51,906 nt of DNA from Gemmatimonadales bacterium. GTDB lineage: Bacteria; Gemmatimonadota; Gemmatimonadetes; Gemmatimonadales; GWC2-71-9. The notes beneath the pieces are model-generated. The model did no database searches. It was not told where the DNA came from and saw only the letters and a program-made list of their open reading frames with translations. A program made the translations under genes and the position numbers. The DNA lies in the NCBI GenBank assembly GCA_039794085.1, contig JBDIWC010000029.1, positions 1 to 51,906 of the forward strand. The letters run 5' to 3'. This document shows, one piece after another, positions 1-8,878 of the stretch (position 1 is its first letter; each line of letters opens with the position of its first letter).

Positions 1-173
1 TCGCACCGTGCGGACAACGCCCGATCGACGTGTCTCTCACCCACGCGAAACCCTGAAGAGCCCCAAGTGGGATGCCGTCACAGACGCCGTCAAACGCACG
101 GCCGGAGCGGGTGTCCGGGGGGCGCCCAAAATATTGTTGCCGTTTTGTGTTCAATCTTGTCCGTAAGGGACTA
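1..173. repeat. Terminal repeat copy A (composite IS-derived element, truncated by window start)
   Basis: Reverse complement of 51710..51882 with 4 mismatches by eye. Confidence 0.95.
39..62 (-). mobile_element. ISL3-like terminal inverted repeat inside repeat copy A
   Basis: Reads GGCTCTTCAGGGTTTCGCGTGGGT on the minus strand. A GGCTCTTC start is typical of ISL3-family IRs. Near-identical to 38804..38827. Confidence 0.65.
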
Positions 174-194
174 CTCCCCACTCCCTATGATTCC

Positions 195-998
195 CTATCT
201 CCTGGGCCCCACCTTCCGCTCCGCCAGATCCACGGTGAACGTCTCATCTCCCACGGTCACGGTGGCGAACTGGGTGCCGTTGAACGTAACGGTTGCGGTG
301 CGGGTGCGGGTGTTCCCCGATCCCTCGCCGTCGGTGATCGTGACCGTCACCGTGTGGGTGATGGTGCCCGAGAGGGGCCAGGTTCCTTCACCGCGCGGAA
401 CCGGCACCACGACGTTGGTCGTGACCGCGCTGCTCGCCATGTTGTAGGTCCGGTTGGGTCCGCCGTCCGTGTGACGGCTCCGGGCGACGTTATTGGTCCC
501 GGTCCCGTTCCAGGTGCGGGTGGTCTCCTCGCCGGCCAGTCCGCTCACCGTCATGTTGCGGCTTCGCTCGATCGATGCGGACCAGGCGTCCCGGGAAATT
601 TCTCCACTCACCGTCGACTGGAAATTGGCGCTCGCCGTGGTGATAGGGTCGAAGGCGCCCTGGGCGTTCCCCTGGGCATCGAAGAAGGCGAAGGATCGGG
701 TGATGGTGAGGTTGTCGGTGCTCACTCCGGGGCAGATGAAGCGGGCGCCGTCGAAGACGCACCCACCGGTGCGGAACCCTCCGCCCGGACCCGCCATCAT
801 AAAGTTGCCGCTCACTGTGCCGAGCGAGGGATCCACCATGATGGAGACATCCTCCCCCGCGGCATCGGCCACGACCTGGGCCACATCGCGGTTGAGAAGG
901 GGGGACACGGCCAGGTCGGGTGCGGTGGCGGAGTCGGAGCAGGCGCCGAGCAGGAGGGCGAGGGCGCCGGTGGCGATCAAACGAGGTGTGGTGCGCAT
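195..998 (-). CDS. Hypothetical beta-rich lipoprotein
   Basis: MRTTPRLIATGALALLLGAC lipobox and Thr-rich beta-strand pattern. Start trimmed from ORF 195..1433. Confidence 0.8.
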   Translation of the reverse strand: MRTTPRLIATGALALLLGACSDSATAPDLAVSPLLNRDVAQVVADAAGEDVSIMVDPSLGTVSGNFMMAGPGGGFRTGGCVFDGARFICPGVSTDNLTITRSFAFFDAQGNAQGAFDPITTASANFQSTVSGEISRDAWSASIERSRNMTVSGLAGEETTRTWNGTGTNNVARSRHTDGGPNRTYNMASSAVTTNVVVPVPRGEGTWPLSGTITHTVTVTITDGEGSGNTRTRTATVTFNGTQFATVTVGDETFTVDLAERKVGPRR

Positions 999-1246
999 AC
1001 GACACTCACTGGTTGGGGTTCTGTCCTCCAAACTTCCACAGCCGGTCATTCCAGGAGACGAACGGCGCCCGTTTCCGTTAATGGCCGGGGGGAAGCAATC
1101 CCATTCAAGTTGCTGATCCCCCTCTGACGCCTCCTCCTCCGAACTTCCAACGGATTCCCGTGCCCCCTCACCAAGGCGCTGTCGCGGCACCCTGGTGAAG
1201 TGGCCCTGGTTCACTGTCGGGGTGCTCGAAGTGTGTGCACCAACCG

Positions 1247-1750
1247 TTACGGTGAATTGCTCATGCGCACATACTCGTACATCCAGTCGTTCCCTTCCGG
1301 ACCTCGCAGGATCCGTCGGTTGTCCAAGGCATCGTACCAGTCTGGCCCCCCAGTGGAAAATCCCCCCTCCGGGAGAGGAGGCCCCTCGATCGTCACGGTG
1401 AGCCTGTCCCCGTTCCAGCGGTAAGTTCCCCACATGCTTCTCCGGCCAAGATCTTCGGTCACCACCCCGTTCACCTTTCGAACCACGTCTCTTTCGATGC
1501 GCCAGGTGTTGTCCGAGAACAGGGTGAACGTTCCCGACAGCACTTCCATTTCGATGATCGTGATGCTGTCACTGGCTGGATCCATCCGAACCCCCATTCG
1601 ATCCGAGGCGGCAGGGAGCGGTACTCCGCGGATCGACGAGAGGGCGTAGACCGCGGCCGGCCGGGCGGGCTCGGTACACCCGGCACTGGCCATGGCGCTC
1701 GCACCGGCGGCACCCGCCCACACCATCGCCCCGAGAAGTCTGCTGGCCAT
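1247..1750 (-). CDS. Hypothetical lipoprotein (lipocalin-like beta barrel?)
   Basis: Signal ending in SAGC; GTFTLFSDNTW and WGTYRWNGDRLT patterns; starts 2 bp after the protease stop. Confidence 0.7.
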   Translation of the reverse strand: MASRLLGAMVWAGAAGASAMASAGCTEPARPAAVYALSSIRGVPLPAASDRMGVRMDPASDSITIIEMEVLSGTFTLFSDNTWRIERDVVRKVNGVVTEDLGRRSMWGTYRWNGDRLTVTIEGPPLPEGGFSTGGPDWYDALDNRRILRGPEGNDWMYEYVRMSNSP

Positions 1751-1752
1751 GG

Positions 1753-3207
1753 CTACTGTGCCTCCGGGCCCAGGCCGCCACCGGTGACTTCCCGCAGCTC
1801 CCGCAGGACCTCGTTGAGGGGGCTGAACGCTCCCGCCTTGCTCCAGTGGAGACCCCTCGCCACGAGCGTGCCGTCGGGCCAGACCTCGAACACCGGCGAG
1901 CCGCTGTCCCCGCCCGAGGAGGAATAGCTCCCCCTCGATTGGCAGAGCATCGTCCGCCCAGTGTCCATATTATCCTGGAGTTGTGTGAAGTTACCGCACA
2001 CCTCGGTGACCGTACCTGTCGTGTGCCCTGTGGTTCTGCCGACCTTGTGGACCGCCATCCCCACGATGGGATCGCCGGTGCCAACGACTACGCGGGTTTC
2101 GTCGGCAAGGGTACTTCCCACCGGAGGAAAGGCCACACGACCGTTCGAGGCCGAGGTGGGGTTGTCGTGGATGAACAGCGCGGCATCGGAGTACCGGCAG
2201 AGCCGACCCGCCGGACAAGCCGGATCCACAGCGCCTGTGAAGAGTGCCGGATCGGCAAACTCCCGGCCAATGACGTCCGCCAGGGTCGACTGTCCCATGG
2301 GCATCTGGGTCATGACTCCGAAACCGTCGGTGCAGTGCGAATTGGTGACGAAATAGCGGTCCGGGTCGGTTTCACCACTTGTCAACACCCGGACGATGTT
2401 GAATCCGAGGGTACAATTGAAGGCGCTGAAGCCATCCACGTACTCGACTTGGACTCCCCCCGGCGCGGGGCGCCACTTGGTCGTGAGGCTCAAAGGCGCA
2501 CCCTCACCTCCCTCGTCGGGGCAGGGCTCAAGGGCGGTTTCCGGATCGCAGGAGGGGGCCGACTGGATGGCCAACGCAGGATCGTACCGGTGTCCGCCAA
2601 ACTCAACGACCTCGACGGCGCCGGCGGGTACACCCAAGTCGCGCATCCGTGCCAGCATGTTCGGAATGAGTCCGGCGTCCTGTACCCCGATCACGATCCG
2701 GTTTCGGCGGTCGTCGATGTCGGTCATCGTCACTCCATCGGCAGCACCGGCGTTTGGAATCACGTGGGTCATGTACCACACCCGCAACTCGCGAAAATCC
2801 CATGTGGCGGGAAGAACCCGCATCCGCGACACGTCCCCCGCGATCTGCCCGAGGCGGGACACGTTGCCCGCGGCGCCACGGGCGAGGAAGGCCTGCAGTG
2901 GAGCACGCGATTGGTTCAGGCGGGCGGGATCCTTGAGGTACACGGTCAGCACCCCGCTTTCGTCGTAGAAGAGTCCCCCGAATCCGGGAACCTCCCCTAC
3001 CAGGTCCGAGAACTCGTCATCGATGGTGCGAACAGACCCAAGCCGAACCGGGCGGTCTCCGGCAGCGAATGACGGCTGGCTTTCTGTCGGGCTGCCGGTG
3101 GAGTCAGGCGCGCAGGCGGCAACGACGAGCAGGAGTCCCGCGAGGATATAGAGCGGACGACGGACGATGGACTGGGCAATGGACACTGGACACTCGACAC
3201 TGGACAC
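1753..3207 (-). CDS. S1 (alpha-lytic/streptogrisin-like) serine protease lipoprotein with pro-region
   Basis: Lipobox LLVVAAC; catalytic motifs YFVTNSHC (His), SDAALF (Asp) and GGDSGSP (Ser). Start uncertain because it lies inside a heptamer array. Confidence 0.85.
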   Translation of the reverse strand: MSSVECPVSIAQSIVRRPLYILAGLLLVVAACAPDSTGSPTESQPSFAAGDRPVRLGSVRTIDDEFSDLVGEVPGFGGLFYDESGVLTVYLKDPARLNQSRAPLQAFLARGAAGNVSRLGQIAGDVSRMRVLPATWDFRELRVWYMTHVIPNAGAADGVTMTDIDDRRNRIVIGVQDAGLIPNMLARMRDLGVPAGAVEVVEFGGHRYDPALAIQSAPSCDPETALEPCPDEGGEGAPLSLTTKWRPAPGGVQVEYVDGFSAFNCTLGFNIVRVLTSGETDPDRYFVTNSHCTDGFGVMTQMPMGQSTLADVIGREFADPALFTGAVDPACPAGRLCRYSDAALFIHDNPTSASNGRVAFPPVGSTLADETRVVVGTGDPIVGMAVHKVGRTTGHTTGTVTEVCGNFTQLQDNMDTGRTMLCQSRGSYSSSGGDSGSPVFEVWPDGTLVARGLHWSKAGAFSPLNEVLRELREVTGGGLGPEAQ

Positions 3208-3222
3208 CAGACACCAGACACC
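3174..3222. repeat. Heptamer tandem array (GGACACT/AGACACC)
   Basis: gggcaat ggacact ggacact cgacact ggacacc agacacc agacacc. Confidence 0.9.
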
Positions 3223-3412
3223 TTACTTGTGAGGGAGGTTCTTCTACGGTAGCAATCAGCCATGCTGCCGTCAACGACTTTTTCGGTCACCTGGAGTAAT
3301 GTCAATGATGGGGTGACGTCTCGGGGGCCATGAGGGCACACACCGGTGCCTCCTTCCCGCGAACCGGGGAGTAGGTCGGGATCTCCCGTCCGTCTCATGC
3401 CCCGGGGGAAGA

Positions 3413-3496
3413 CTCAACGCAAAGTCGCCAAGACGCAGGGACGCAGCGGTGCTTGGAGCCCACGAAGGGAGCCCAATCCAACGCGTAAGGGGTGGA
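3413..3496 (-). repeat. Dispersed ~85-bp element ending in an 8-mer array (copy 1)
   Basis: Reverse complement matches 40449..40533 (core TCCCTTCGTGGGCTCCAAGCACCG...CTTTGCGTTGAG). Confidence 0.9.
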
Positions 3497-3501
3497 AGGG
3501 T

Positions 3502-3540
3502 CTGAACACTGAAAACTGAACACTGAACTGAACACTGAAA
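3502..3540. repeat. Heptamer tandem array (CTGAACA)
   Basis: ctgaaca ctgaaaa ctgaaca ctgaa ctgaaca ctgaaa; same unit as at 29691. Confidence 0.9.
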
Positions 3541-3541
3541 A

Positions 3542-3600
3542 TGGATTCCCGCGTTCGCGGGAATGACAGGCATCGGAGTCCTTGTGAATTATTTCACAAG
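3542..3600. repeat. REP-like hairpin TGGATTCCCGCGTTCGCGGGAATGAC plus palindrome CTTGTGAATTATTTCACAAG
   Basis: The same two-part arrangement recurs inverted at 38717..38798. Confidence 0.85.
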
Positions 3601-4226
3601 GGCCGCACCCCCCGGGGATTCTCCACCTTGTCCTGCAAGGATCGATCCGGCGGACCCCCGCTCACCCCACCCGACACGATGAACGACATCAGCTCGGCGC
3701 TGTCCCCCGACACCGGGGTCACCTGGTCGGCGGGCACCAGGATCAGGTTGCCGGCAAAGTTGTAGCTCTGGGGCAGGTACACCGCCACATACCCGGGGAT
3801 GCCGAGATGCTCGAGTGAATCGGCGGTCACGAAGCCGAGCACCGCGGTCGGGCTTCCGGGGGCGAGAGGGACCATCACTCCTTTGGTGAAGCGGCGGTGC
3901 TCTCCTACGAAGGCGTTGAGCAGATCCTTGCTGGAGGTATAGAGCAACCGCACGAACGGGACCCGCTCGAGGACCCGATCCATCCCGTCGAGCAGGGTAC
4001 GGGTGACGAGGGTGCTCGCGAGGGCTCCCACGGCGGTGATCAGCAGCAGCGTCACCAGGATGCCGAGCCCGGGGATGCCGAAGGGAATGAGATTGTCGAC
4101 CCAGCTGATGAGGAGCCAGGTGATGTACAACGTGACGACGGCGGGAGCGACGATGATGAGACCGCGCAGAAAATATTGTGCCACCTTGCGGATCTCGCCG
4201 TTGCGCTCGGACGTGATCTTGCTCAT
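3594..4226 (-). CDS. DUF502 family membrane protein
   Basis: YFLRGLIIVAP...RVPFVRLLY...VAVYLPQSYNFAG...MSFIVSGG pattern; ATGA overlap with the upstream gene. Confidence 0.85.
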   Translation of the reverse strand: MSKITSERNGEIRKVAQYFLRGLIIVAPAVVTLYITWLLISWVDNLIPFGIPGLGILVTLLLITAVGALASTLVTRTLLDGMDRVLERVPFVRLLYTSSKDLLNAFVGEHRRFTKGVMVPLAPGSPTAVLGFVTADSLEHLGIPGYVAVYLPQSYNFAGNLILVPADQVTPVSGDSAELMSFIVSGGVSGGPPDRSLQDKVENPRGVRPL

Positions 4227-5311
4227 GGAGATCCCTCCCGGAGGACGTCGGACAGGGCGGCGAGGAGACCGCCCAGGTGATCGGGGGTGAGGTCCCCCAT
4301 GTGGCCGATGCGAATCACGCGATCGGCAAGAGGATCCAGTCCGCGCGCGATGGTCCATCCCCGGGCGGAGAGTGCTGCCATCACGGCCGGCGGGTGGTGA
4401 GATGGGGGCAGTTCGATGGCACTCACCGCGGGAGAACGGCGTCCCGGCTCCGCGAGGAGGCGGGTCCCCGGTGTGGTCTCCACCCAGGCCTCCACCAGCC
4501 GGAGCATCTCGGCGTGGCGGGCCCACCGCGGCGGCATTCCACCGGCCACGGCGATGTCCCGCATCTGTGCCGCAAGCGCATGATAGAGCGGGAGACAGGG
4601 GGTGTGCAGCAGAGCCCCGGTCTCCGCGATGCGAACCAGGTCGGGGATGGACCAGTACCACCCCCGGTTGGGAAGGGTCAGCGCCCGTTCCACGAACCGG
4701 GAACTCGCCATCCCCACCGCGAGGCCGGGGGGAATGGCGAGGGCCTTCTGCGACCCGGTGAAGGCGAAGTCCACCCCCCAGGCATCGGCCTCGAAGGGGA
4801 CCGCGCCCACCGAGGTGACCGCGTCCACCAGCAGGAGCACGCCGGGGTGCCGGTGTACCACCCGGGCCAGCTCGGCGAGGGGGGCGAGGGCGCCGGTGGA
4901 ACTCTCGCTATGTACCAGCGCCACGGCATCCACCGGGGGACCATCCAGAAACTGTTCCAGTTGGTCGGGCTCGATCGTGGCTCCCGGCGGCACATGGACC
5001 CGGATTACCTCCTTGCCGCACCCTTCGGCCACCGAGGCGAACTGTTCGCCGAAGTATCCCCCGACCACCACGAGGACCCGGTGAGGCACCCCGTTCCGGA
5101 TCGCCGCCTCCATGAATCCGCTCGCGGAGCAGGTCTCGAGGAACACCGGCTCCGCGGTGCCGAACATCTGCCGCAACACCGGCTGCATGTCGTGCAGCAT
5201 CGACACGAGACGGGGGCTCCGATGGAAGTACATCGGCTCCAGCATTGCCTGCATGATTTCGGGCCGGACATCGGTGGGGCCGGGGAGAAACGAATGGCCA
5301 AAGGTGGTCAT
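4223..5311 (-). CDS. Class V PLP aminotransferase (alanine-glyoxylate/serine-pyruvate family)
   Basis: FLPGPT, VHSESSTG, VDAVTS, GSQKALAIPPG, IRIGHMG motifs. Confidence 0.92.
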   Translation of the reverse strand: MTTFGHSFLPGPTDVRPEIMQAMLEPMYFHRSPRLVSMLHDMQPVLRQMFGTAEPVFLETCSASGFMEAAIRNGVPHRVLVVVGGYFGEQFASVAEGCGKEVIRVHVPPGATIEPDQLEQFLDGPPVDAVALVHSESSTGALAPLAELARVVHRHPGVLLLVDAVTSVGAVPFEADAWGVDFAFTGSQKALAIPPGLAVGMASSRFVERALTLPNRGWYWSIPDLVRIAETGALLHTPCLPLYHALAAQMRDIAVAGGMPPRWARHAEMLRLVEAWVETTPGTRLLAEPGRRSPAVSAIELPPSHHPPAVMAALSARGWTIARGLDPLADRVIRIGHMGDLTPDHLGGLLAALSDVLREGSP

Positions 5312-5964
5312 GAGGTGAGCACTTCCTTGCAGGTGGTCAGGGAGACACCGCGCCGGGCCCACCCGGTGAGGAGTTCGTCGCGGCGGGTTTCGTCGATGGC
5401 GCGGGTGGCGTCGGTCACCACGGCCAGAGCGATGTGGGGACAATGGCGGAGGAGTCCCTCCACCGCGTACCGGTTGCAGACGTCCAGGGCCACCCCGTAC
5501 AGCACGATCCGGGTGGGGGCCAGCGCCGCGATGGCGGGGAGCAGGTTGGGGTTGGTGAAGACGTCGAACCAATGCTTGAGGAAGAGGAGGTCGCCGTCGT
5601 GCGCGCGGATGGCGGCGGCGAGTTCCGCCGGATCCCGCGGGCTCGGGTTGATCACCATCGGATTGCGGAGTGCCGTCTCCCGCACCTTGGTCTGCCCCGG
5701 GGTGCCTCGCATGCAGTGGGGTGGGAAGGTGGTGTGATAGTCGGGCGTGTCGCTCAGTTCCCGGTGACCGGGCACATGGTCGTCGGCGCTGGCAAGGATT
5801 CGGATGCCTCGCGCATGGGCGTGGTCGGTGAGCAACTTCAGGGTCGGGAGGATTGCTTCGCTCCCCGGCACATGCAGCAGCCCGTCGGGGTGGAGAAAAT
5901 CCACCTGGGTGTCCACGTCCCAGAAGAGAGTGGCTGTGGCCTCCGGATGGCGCTCGATGGGCAT
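5308..5964 (-). CDS. pncA: Nicotinamidase / cysteine hydrolase (isochorismatase family)
   Basis: DVDTQVDF, FPPHCMRGTPG and GVALDVC motifs; directly downstream of the nicotinate phosphoribosyltransferase. Confidence 0.8.
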   Translation of the reverse strand: MPIERHPEATATLFWDVDTQVDFLHPDGLLHVPGSEAILPTLKLLTDHAHARGIRILASADDHVPGHRELSDTPDYHTTFPPHCMRGTPGQTKVRETALRNPMVINPSPRDPAELAAAIRAHDGDLLFLKHWFDVFTNPNLLPAIAALAPTRIVLYGVALDVCNRYAVEGLLRHCPHIALAVVTDATRAIDETRRDELLTGWARRGVSLTTCKEVLTS

Positions 5965-5966
5965 GA

Positions 5967-7037
5967 TCACGTCACCCTTTCGAGGCGCGGGTTGGGTCGC
6001 TCTTCCCGGCCCACCTTGGCGCACGGCGTCCCCTCATGACACACCACGTCCGCCGTGAAATCGAACCGCCCGCCGAAGAGGCTGGAGCCAACGCCGTATG
6101 CGTCCACCGGCACTCCCTGGCGCTCGAATTCCCGGATCTTGTCCTCGGTGAACCCACCCGACACGACGATCCGAACCTTCTGAAATCCTTCGCCGTCCAG
6201 GGCGCGCCGGACATTCCACACGAGTTGGGGGCAGACACCGGTGGGCCGGAAGTGCCCCATCTGGCCGATCACGCTCCGGTCGACCAACATCTCGCTGGTG
6301 TCGAGCCGAACTCCGTAGAGCCGGTCCCCCAACGCGCGGGCCACCTCGAGGGAGGTTCGCACCGAGTCGTTCTCGAAGTCCACCAGGGTCACGAGCCGCA
6401 CGTCGTCCGGCATGTGCTCGGCAAACTTGATGCTGGCCCGGACCGTGTCTCCCCCATAGGCCGCGATCATGGCATGGGGCACAGTGCCGATCCCCTCGCT
6501 TCCCCACCAGGAGGCCTGGGCGTCGGTCGAGACCCCGATCGCGCCCGCGATGTGCGCCGCGTACCCGTCTCCCGTCTGCACCAGCCAGTGATCGTGCCGA
6601 GCCGGAAAGAACATGACCTCCTTGGGAGCCGCCGCCTCCACCACGCGCCGGGTGTTGGTCCCCACCCGGGTCCGGCGGGAGATGACGCCGAGATAGAGGG
6701 TCTCCAGGTGGGCGAAGGCATCGTAGGGTCCCTCGATGCGCAGCACCGTTTCCCAGGGCTCGATCTCGTCGCCGTCGTACAGGGCATAGACGGTGAGTTC
6801 CTCCCACTCGGCGGCGCAGAGCTTCAGGATGGCGATCGCCTCATCCATGCCCCCCAGAAAGGCGTGATGCTTGCCGAATACCTGCATCGCGACCCGCGGG
6901 CGATACCCATCGGCGAGCAGCACCTCGCGGGCCCGGACGAAGTACTTGTCGGAGTAGTACCCCTCGCGCATCCGCTCCACCGGCAGATGGAAGATCGAGG
7001 GGTCGAGTCGGGGAGCGTGTCTCGGCATGGAACTCAA
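5967..7037 (-). CDS. pncB: Nicotinate phosphoribosyltransferase (QAPRTase-like family)
   Basis: GYYSDKYF, GTVPHAMI, VRLDTS, IVVSGGF, YGVGS motifs. Alternative ATG start at 7028. Confidence 0.85.
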   Translation of the reverse strand: MSSMPRHAPRLDPSIFHLPVERMREGYYSDKYFVRAREVLLADGYRPRVAMQVFGKHHAFLGGMDEAIAILKLCAAEWEELTVYALYDGDEIEPWETVLRIEGPYDAFAHLETLYLGVISRRTRVGTNTRRVVEAAAPKEVMFFPARHDHWLVQTGDGYAAHIAGAIGVSTDAQASWWGSEGIGTVPHAMIAAYGGDTVRASIKFAEHMPDDVRLVTLVDFENDSVRTSLEVARALGDRLYGVRLDTSEMLVDRSVIGQMGHFRPTGVCPQLVWNVRRALDGEGFQKVRIVVSGGFTEDKIREFERQGVPVDAYGVGSSLFGGRFDFTADVVCHEGTPCAKVGREERPNPRLERVT

Positions 7038-7723
7038 GGTTGGGAGTCAGTGGTGGGAGACGGGGCCTCCACCGAAGTGTCGAAGCGTTCCTCCCGCAGG
7101 GCGTCGAGCATGATCCTGAGCCGCGGGGCCTCGGCCGACTGTGGATAACGATCCAGCAGCCGTCGTAGTTCCACCATCGCCCTCCCCGGTGTCTTCAGGG
7201 GTCCATCGTACAGATCCACCAGGGTCCGGCCGATCCAGAGATCCTCCGCCGTGGTGAGCTCCCGCCCCTCCCGGAACAGGGTGAGTTCCCGGGCCGCGCT
7301 CTCGGGCACTCCGAGTGCCTCGGCCAGGAGACCGGCCCGCCGGATCATCGCTTCCGTCGCCACCCGCGGATCCCGGCTCCGGGCCAGGTACGCTTCCGCG
7401 GCCTCGGCATGGTGCCCCCGCGCGGCCAATGCCTCGATGGCGGAGAGGCCGTTGGTGGCGGACACCAGCCCGATGTTCTGGAGAAAGTGGGCTGCGGAGT
7501 CGGGAAAGATGGTGACGGTTCGCACCGCCAGGGTGAGGAGGCCGAGGAGAACCCAGAGCACCCCGGCGACGTACAAAAGGGTGTCACCGCCGGGGTCTCC
7601 CCGGAGGATCCGGATGCCGCCCCAGAGGGTGAGGCCGGTCAGGAGGAGGGTGGGGAGCGCCCGAAGAGCGGCCAGGAGCCATCTGTGCGACGGGAGGGAG
7701 CCGGAATCGTCAGGGGAATGCAC
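7034..7723 (-). CDS. Hypothetical membrane protein with TPR-like C-terminus
   Basis: Two hydrophobic helices, then helical repeats ending LRRLLDRYPQS. GTG start inferred within ORF 7034..8821. Confidence 0.65.
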   Translation of the reverse strand: MHSPDDSGSLPSHRWLLAALRALPTLLLTGLTLWGGIRILRGDPGGDTLLYVAGVLWVLLGLLTLAVRTVTIFPDSAAHFLQNIGLVSATNGLSAIEALAARGHHAEAAEAYLARSRDPRVATEAMIRRAGLLAEALGVPESAARELTLFREGRELTTAEDLWIGRTLVDLYDGPLKTPGRAMVELRRLLDRYPQSAEAPRLRIMLDALREERFDTSVEAPSPTTDSQP

Positions 7724-7840
7724 GCCGGAAGGTAGGGCGGGCCCACGGCGTCCGGCAAGTTGACAGGGGCCGCCGGGCGGGCCTTTTTCCGGGTCGGCCG
7801 AAGTGGCCCCGTTTTGTCTGTCTTCCAGGAAGGCGATCCG

Positions 7841-8878
7841 ATGCCCGAACCCCTTTCCCGCCGGACCTTTCTCGGCGCGGCCGCCGTGGCCGCGGCCGGC
7901 GCCGCGATTCCCGCCGTGCCGATCGGGGCGCCCGCCATCCGCCGGAGCCGGGCCGCGACCTTTGCGGCGGTCAGCTCCTCCAACGGGCTCCGGGCGGTGG
8001 ATCTGGCGGTCCGCCACATGCGGGAGGGGATGGACACCCTGGATGCCGCCGTGGAGGGGGTCAAGATCCAGGAGCTCGACCCGGACGACATGTCGGTTGG
8101 CTTCGGCGGCCTCCCGAACGAGGAGGGGGTGGTGCAGCTCGACGCGAGTTGCATGCACGGACCGACCAAGCGGGCCGGTGCCGTGGCGGCGCTGGAGGGG
8201 ATCAAGACGCCGAGCGAGGTGGCGCGTCTCGTCCTCAGGTACACCGACCATATCCTGCTCGTGGGAGAGGGGGCGAAGCGGTTTGCGCTCTCGTACGGAT
8301 TCCGGGAGGAGGATCTCCTCACGCCCAAGAGCCGGGAGGGGTGGCTGCGCTGGCGGGCCAACCGGAGCCGGGGGGATGACTGGGTGGACATTCCCGGAGA
8401 GGATCCCCTCTCGATCCGGCCCACCGGAACCATCAACCTCAATGTCATCAACGACCGGGGCGACCTCTCCAGCGTGACCACCACGAGCGGCCTTGCCTGG
8501 AAGATTCCGGGTCGCGCCGGCGATTCCCCATTGGTGGGGGCCGGCCAGTACTGCGACAACGACATCGGCGCGGCCGGCAGTACCGGGCTCGGCGAGGCCA
8601 ACATCATGGTGTGCGGGGCGTTCCTCACGGTCGAGGGGATGCGGAGGGGCTTGAGTCCCACCGATGCCTGCCTGGAAACTCTCCGCCGCGTGGTGGAGAT
8701 GACCCGATCCGGGCTCCTCCGGCCCGATGGGCGTCCCTCGTTTCAACTCAACTTCTACGCCGTGAACAAGCGCGGGGACACCGGATCCGCGTCGCTCTAT
8801 CCGAGCCGGTATGCGGTCCATGATGGGGCCACTGCGGTAGAGCGGGACACGGCATTTCTCTACGAGCGAGTCCGATGA
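7841..8878 (+). CDS. Tat-exported Ntn-hydrolase, glycosylasparaginase/isoaspartyl peptidase family
   Basis: SRRTFLG Tat signal; SVGFGGLPNEEGVVQLDASCMHG, GTIN, TTTSGLAWKIPGRAGDSP motifs. Confidence 0.9.
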   Translation: MPEPLSRRTFLGAAAVAAAGAAIPAVPIGAPAIRRSRAATFAAVSSSNGLRAVDLAVRHMREGMDTLDAAVEGVKIQELDPDDMSVGFGGLPNEEGVVQLDASCMHGPTKRAGAVAALEGIKTPSEVARLVLRYTDHILLVGEGAKRFALSYGFREEDLLTPKSREGWLRWRANRSRGDDWVDIPGEDPLSIRPTGTINLNVINDRGDLSSVTTTSGLAWKIPGRAGDSPLVGAGQYCDNDIGAAGSTGLGEANIMVCGAFLTVEGMRRGLSPTDACLETLRRVVEMTRSGLLRPDGRPSFQLNFYAVNKRGDTGSASLYPSRYAVHDGATAVERDTAFLYERVR

